Positions 59,640-64,000 of a stretch of 64,000 nucleotides of DNA are shown here, piece after piece. The position numbers and the translations under genes were made by a program. The stretch lies in assembly GCA_963795085.1 (NCBI GenBank), contig CAWCFX010000001.1:288001-352000 (forward strand), in the 5' to 3' direction. Within the stretch, counting starts at the first letter, position 1. Every line of letters starts with the position of its first letter. A model generated the notes under the pieces. It searched no databases, was not told the DNA's origin, and saw only the letters and a program-made list of their open reading frames with translations. Origin of the DNA: an uncultured Gemmatimonadales bacterium. Its GTDB lineage: Bacteria > Gemmatimonadota > Gemmatimonadetes > Gemmatimonadales > GWC2-71-9.

Positions 59640-60026
59640 ATGAACGATCTGCTGAAACAGCGCATTCTCCGGCGGCTGGAGGCCCTGAGCGACGAGCGGG
59701 GGTTCCAGGTGATGGACTATATCGAGTTCCTCGAGAGCAAATATGCCGAGCGGCAGGCCCCCACCAACTTCTTCGCCAAGGTGGCGGACACGGTGGAGGA
59801 CACCATGCGGGCCGGTAAGATTCCCATCAAGGCGATCAGCGGGACCATGAACCTCATGGACAGCGCGGGCAAACTGATGAAAGGCCTCTCCGCGGCGGGC
59901 AAGGCGGTGATGGACGAGGCAGTGCGGGCCGCGGAGAGCGGCCGGCGCGAGCCCGAGTTCCCGGAAGTGCCGCGCCCGCCCGCGGCGCCCGCCCTCCCTC
60001 CGGACCGGGCCAAGCCGGCGGGATAA
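59640..60026 (+). CDS. Hypothetical protein (DUF2281-like N-terminus)
   Basis: LEALSDE..FQVMDYIEFLESK; good codon bias. Confidence 0.75.
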   Translation: MNDLLKQRILRRLEALSDERGFQVMDYIEFLESKYAERQAPTNFFAKVADTVEDTMRAGKIPIKAISGTMNLMDSAGKLMKGLSAAGKAVMDEAVRAAESGRREPEFPEVPRPPAAPALPPDRAKPAG

Positions 60027-60030
60027 ACGC

Positions 60031-60060
60031 TTGACCCGCCCGGTCCCAGCCGTCTATTCT
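60031..60060 (+). promoter_or_regulatory. Putative sigma70 promoter for guaB
   Basis: TTGACC-18 nt-TATTCT. Confidence 0.45.
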
Positions 60061-60142
60061 TCGAGATGGAACCCTTTGTCACTTCAGGCCTGCCGGACTC
60101 GCCCCGATGCGAGCGGCGGGCCTTCGGCTATCGGGGCGGCCA

Positions 60143-61600
60143 GTGAGCGGCATTCGCTCCGGAGTCGCCCTGACGTTCGATGATGTCCTGCTCGCGCCCC
60201 GCTATTCATCCGTCCATCCGCGCAACGTTTCCGTCAGCAGCTACTTTACCCGCCAGATCCCCCTGAACATGCCGTTTGCCTCGGCCGCCATGGACACGGT
60301 CACCGAGGCCGAGATGGCCATGGCCATGGCCCGGGCCGGCGGCATCGGGGTCCTGCACAAGAACATGACCATCGAACGGCAGGCCGCCGAGGTGGACCGG
60401 GTCAAACGCAGCGAGAGCGGGATGATTCTCAATCCCATCACGCTGGGCCCGGAACGGCCGCTGCGGGAAGCGGTCGCGCTGATGGGCCGGTTCCGGATTT
60501 CGGGTGTACCTATCGTCGATGGCCAGGGCCGCCTGGTCGGGATCATTACCAACCGCGACCTCCAGTTCGAGCGCAACCTGGACCAGCCGATCCGGGTCGC
60601 CATGACCGCCGAGAACCTGATCACCGTCCCGGTGGGCACCAACCTGGACGAAGCGGAGCGGATCCTGGCCCGACACCGAATCGAGAAACTCCCCGTAGTG
60701 GACGACCAGGGCGTACTGCGGGGCCTGATCACGGTCAAGGATATTTTCAAGCGGCGGGAACATCCGGACGCCAACAAGGACCAGCACGGCCGGCTTCGGG
60801 TGGCGGCCGCGGTCGGGGCCACCCCGGACATTAACGGCCGGGCCAAGGCGCTGATCGATGCCGGGGTGGATGTGCTGGTGGTGGATTCCGCCCACGGCCA
60901 CAGCGAGGGGGTCCTGAAGGCCGTGGAATCGCTGCGGTGCGCCTTCCCCGATGTGCAGCTGGTGGCCGGCAACGTGGCGACCGAAGAAGGATCGCGGGAA
61001 CTGGTCCGCCGCGGCGTGGACGCGGTCAAGGTAGGCGTCGGGCCCGGTAGTATCTGCACCACCCGGGTCGTCACTGGGGTCGGCATGCCCCAGATCACCG
61101 CCATTATCGAAGCGGTGCGCGGCGCCGGCGAGGTGCCGGTCGTCGCCGACGGCGGCGTCAAGTACTCGGGCGATGCCGTGAAAGCGCTGGCGGCCGGGGC
61201 GTCCTCTGTCATGATGGGCGCGATGCTGGCCGGCACCGAGGAAAGTCCCGGCGAGTCCATCCTGGCGGAGGGCCGCCGGTTCAAGATGATCCGCGGCATG
61301 GGAAGCCTGTCGGCCATGCAGGACGGGTCGGCCGACCGGTACTTCCAACAGGGAGAGATGGGGCCGTCCAAGCTGGTACCGGAGGGCATCGAGGGCCGGG
61401 TGCCCTACAAGGGCCCGGTCGGCGATGTGCTCTTCCAGATGCTGGGCGGGCTGCGGAGCGGCATGGGGTACTGTGGAGTGGCGGACATCGCTTCGCTCCG
61501 GACCGAAGTGGAGCTGGTCCAGATCACCACGGCCGGCCTCCGCGAATCGCACCCGCACGACGTCACCATTACCCGGGAAGCTCCGAACTACAGCCGATAG
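60143..61600 (+). CDS. guaB: IMP dehydrogenase
   Basis: [11 protein letters not shown] pair, [21 protein letters not shown]; start GTG 60143 or ATG 60107. Confidence 0.96.
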   Translation: MSGIRSGVALTFDDVLLAPRYSSVHPRNVSVSSYFTRQIPLNMPFASAAMDTVTEAEMAMAMARAGGIGVLHKNMTIERQAAEVDRVKRSESGMILNPITLGPERPLREAVALMGRFRISGVPIVDGQGRLVGIITNRDLQFERNLDQPIRVAMTAENLITVPVGTNLDEAERILARHRIEKLPVVDDQGVLRGLITVKDIFKRREHPDANKDQHGRLRVAAAVGATPDINGRAKALIDAGVDVLVVDSAHGHSEGVLKAVESLRCAFPDVQLVAGNVATEEGSRELVRRGVDAVKVGVGPGSICTTRVVTGVGMPQITAIIEAVRGAGEVPVVADGGVKYSGDAVKALAAGASSVMMGAMLAGTEESPGESILAEGRRFKMIRGMGSLSAMQDGSADRYFQQGEMGPSKLVPEGIEGRVPYKGPVGDVLFQMLGGLRSGMGYCGVADIASLRTEVELVQITTAGLRESHPHDVTITREAPNYSR

Positions 61601-61772
61601 GCCCAGGGAGCAGCACGCAGTGAGCGGGTGGTGGTCGCGGGCCCTCGTCGCGACCGTCCATAGCCCTGAACCATCCGCGATTCCAGTCCGGGTCGCGCGC
61701 CCTTCCGATGCAGCAGCCGGCACCTTTCGCCATCCGCATTACCGGTTTCCGGCAATTTCACGGGGTGATCGT

Positions 61773-63275
61773 ATGAGCTTGTGGGCCACCAAGTCCATCA
61801 CCGAGTTGCGCCGAGAGGCCGATGCCACATCGGAGCGGTCGCTCAAGCGCCACCTGGGGAAATGGGGGCTGACCGCGCTGGGCATCGGGGCCATCATCGG
61901 CGCGGGGATCTTCGTGCTGACCGGGCAGGCCGCGGCGCTTCATGCCGGGCCGGCGGTGCCGCTCGCGATGATCATCGTGGGCATCGCCTGTACCTTTGCC
62001 GGGCTCTGCTACGCCGAGATGGCCGCGGCCGTCCCCATCGCCGGGAGCGCGTACACCTACAGCTATGCGACCATGGGCGAGCTGGTGGCCTGGATCATCG
62101 GCTGGGACCTGGTCCTGGAGTACGCCGCAGGAGCCGCCACGGTCGGCGTCGGGTGGTCGGGGCACCTGGTCAGCCTGCTCAGCCAGCTGGGCATCACCCT
62201 CCCCGGCCACCTCACCAATGCGCCGACCCAATGGTGTACGGACGGGCAGGTGACGGCCGCCGCCGCCGGGTGCAGCCATGCCGGGCTCAATTTTACCGGG
62301 GCCTTCGTCAACCTTCCAGCGGTGTTCATCGTGGTCCTGATGTCCGCCGTGCTGGTGATCGGCATCAAGGAATCGGCGAGGGTGAACAACCTGATCGTGC
62401 TCCTCAAGGTCGCCATCATCCTGCTGATCGTGCTGGTGGGCGTTTCTCACGTCAATCCGGACAACTGGAAGCCCTTCGTTCCCCCCAATACGGGCGAGTG
62501 GGGCACCTACGGGTGGTCCGGCGTGCTCCGGGGTGCCGGGCTGGTCTTCTTCGCCTACATCGGGTTCGACGCGGTGTCCACCGCCGCCCAGGAAGCCAAG
62601 AATCCGCAAAAGGATCTGCCCTTCGGGATCCTGATGTCCCTCGCCATCTGTACCCTGCTCTACGTCGTCGTCTCGGCGGTGCTGACCGGCATGGTGCCTT
62701 ACCAGGAGTTGAACCTGCCCGCCCCCATGGCGTACGCCATGGAACGGGTGGCGGCGCCGGGCTGGGTCCGCCTGTTCGTGGATGTCGGGGCGGTGCTGGG
62801 TCTGGGATCGGTCATCCTGGTCATGCTGCTGGGGCAATCCCGGATATTCTATTCCATGTCGCGCGACGGCCTGCTGGGGAAATGGGCCGGGGTGGTGCAC
62901 CCCCGGTTCCGTACGCCCTATCTTTCCACCATCTTTACCGGCATCGCGGTCGGGCTGGCAACCGGGATCCTGCCGCTCCAGTTGCTGGGGCAACTGGTCA
63001 ACATCGGCACCCTCCTGGCCTTCGCCCTGGTCTGTGCCGGTGTTCTGGTGCTCCGGAAGAAACGGCCCGACCTCGAGCGCCCGTTCCGTACCCCCTGGGT
63101 TCCGTTCGTTCCGGTCATGGGTATTCTTTGTTGCGTTGGCCTGATGGCCACCCTGCCGGCCGACACCTGGATCCGGCTCATGGTATGGCTGGCCATCGGG
63201 TTCCTGATCTATTTCGGATACAGCCGGAGAAACAGCGTTCTGCAGCAGCAGATTCAGTCCGCCCGCAAGCGGTAG
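61773..63275 (+). CDS. APC family amino acid permease
   Basis: GIGAIIGAGIF, CYAE.A..VP.AGSAYTY, FFAYIGFDAV. Confidence 0.93.
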   Translation: MSLWATKSITELRREADATSERSLKRHLGKWGLTALGIGAIIGAGIFVLTGQAAALHAGPAVPLAMIIVGIACTFAGLCYAEMAAAVPIAGSAYTYSYATMGELVAWIIGWDLVLEYAAGAATVGVGWSGHLVSLLSQLGITLPGHLTNAPTQWCTDGQVTAAAAGCSHAGLNFTGAFVNLPAVFIVVLMSAVLVIGIKESARVNNLIVLLKVAIILLIVLVGVSHVNPDNWKPFVPPNTGEWGTYGWSGVLRGAGLVFFAYIGFDAVSTAAQEAKNPQKDLPFGILMSLAICTLLYVVVSAVLTGMVPYQELNLPAPMAYAMERVAAPGWVRLFVDVGAVLGLGSVILVMLLGQSRIFYSMSRDGLLGKWAGVVHPRFRTPYLSTIFTGIAVGLATGILPLQLLGQLVNIGTLLAFALVCAGVLVLRKKRPDLERPFRTPWVPFVPVMGILCCVGLMATLPADTWIRLMVWLAIGFLIYFGYSRRNSVLQQQIQSARKR

Positions 63276-63297
63276 TTTTCCCTCAACCTGGGTCTCT

Positions 63298-64000
63298 ATG
63301 AACCTCCTTCGAACCAAATCGCTCGCCGACCTGATGCCGGAGGACGACGAGCATAGTCTGAAGCGGGCGCTGACCGCCACGAACCTGGTCCTCCTCGGCA
63401 TCGGGGCGATCATCGGCGCCGGCATCTTCGTGCTCACGGGGACGGCGGCGGCCCAGTTCGCGGGGCCGGCGATCGTGCTCTCCTTCGTGCTGGCGGGCGC
63501 CGGGTGTCTCTTCGCCGGGCTCTGCTACGCCGAGTTCGCCTCCATGATCCCGGTCGCGGGGAGCGCCTACACCTATGGGTATGCCACCATGGGCGAGTTC
63601 GTCGCCTGGATCATCGGGTGGGACCTGATCCTGGAGTACCTCTTCGCCGCCTCCACCGTGGCCGTGGGCTGGTCGGGGTACTTCACGGCATTCATGAGCG
63701 GGATCGGCCTGCACATCCCGGCGGCGCTAGCCGGCGCGCCGTTCGGCGTCGAGGGAACCCACACCCTGGTGCGGTCGCAGATCTGCATCGACCCGGCGAC
63801 CGGCGGTGTCGCGGTGGATGCGACGGCCCATGCCATCCCGGTGGCCGACTGCGTTGCCGGCGGATTCCAGCTGGCGCACGGGATTCTCAACGTCCCGGCC
63901 ATGCTCCTGGTGCTGGTGCTGACCGCCCTGCTGGTCTTCGGCATCAAGGAATCCGCCCGGTTCAACAACATCATCGTGTACGTCAAGGTGGCCATCGTGC
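63298..64000 (+). CDS. Second APC family amino acid permease (partial, runs off window)
   Basis: ATG 63298: MNLLRTKSL...LKRAL..TNLVLLGIGAIIGAGIF; missing from the ORF track because there is no stop in the window. Confidence 0.9.
   Translation, partial: MNLLRTKSLADLMPEDDEHSLKRALTATNLVLLGIGAIIGAGIFVLTGTAAAQFAGPAIVLSFVLAGAGCLFAGLCYAEFASMIPVAGSAYTYGYATMGEFVAWIIGWDLILEYLFAASTVAVGWSGYFTAFMSGIGLHIPAALAGAPFGVEGTHTLVRSQICIDPATGGVAVDATAHAIPVADCVAGGFQLAHGILNVPAMLLVLVLTALLVFGIKESARFNNIIVYVKVAIV

Noticed and set aside
61601..61772. Riboswitch between guaB and the permease
   Set aside because: Some hairpin potential, but no purine, lysine, glycine or other aptamer signature was recognised.

Overview
High-GC bacterial chromosomal DNA. 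Gene content and protein style suggest Gemmatimonadota (inference). About 57 CDS, mostly housekeeping: an ATP synthase F0+delta operon (atpZ/I-atpI-atpB-E-F-H, terminated before the F1 genes), LeuA-like synthase, isocitrate-family dehydrogenase, acyl-CoA dehydrogenase with ETF and ETF-QO, nadC, cstA-ybdD, msrA, htpX-terC under a yybP-ykoY (Mn2+) riboswitch, a moeA/mobB/mobA/fdhD/queD-like cluster, gpmI, guaB and two tandem APC permeases. No tRNA, rRNA, CRISPR array, transposase or integrase was recognised. Most notable: (1) a low-GC cassette (~150-3115) with an uncalled 21-aa Trp-terminated peptide ORF, a membrane HD-GYP protein and only the C-terminal TPR-like third of a convergent BTAD-ATPase regulator, the GC step falling inside that gene; this is a candidate polymorphic peptide-signalling system; (2) a perfectly conserved 31-bp element in three dispersed same-strand copies, each with a second motif at fixed spacing; (3) a promoter- and terminator-bounded, gene-free structured ~250-nt segment at ~45.0-45.25 kb (candidate ncRNA) behind an AT-rich patch; (4) related G-rich 8/9-mer tandem arrays that start at stop codons; (5) a 1-nt frameshift fusing etfB to etfA. 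Start codons were refined by eye and no database search was possible.
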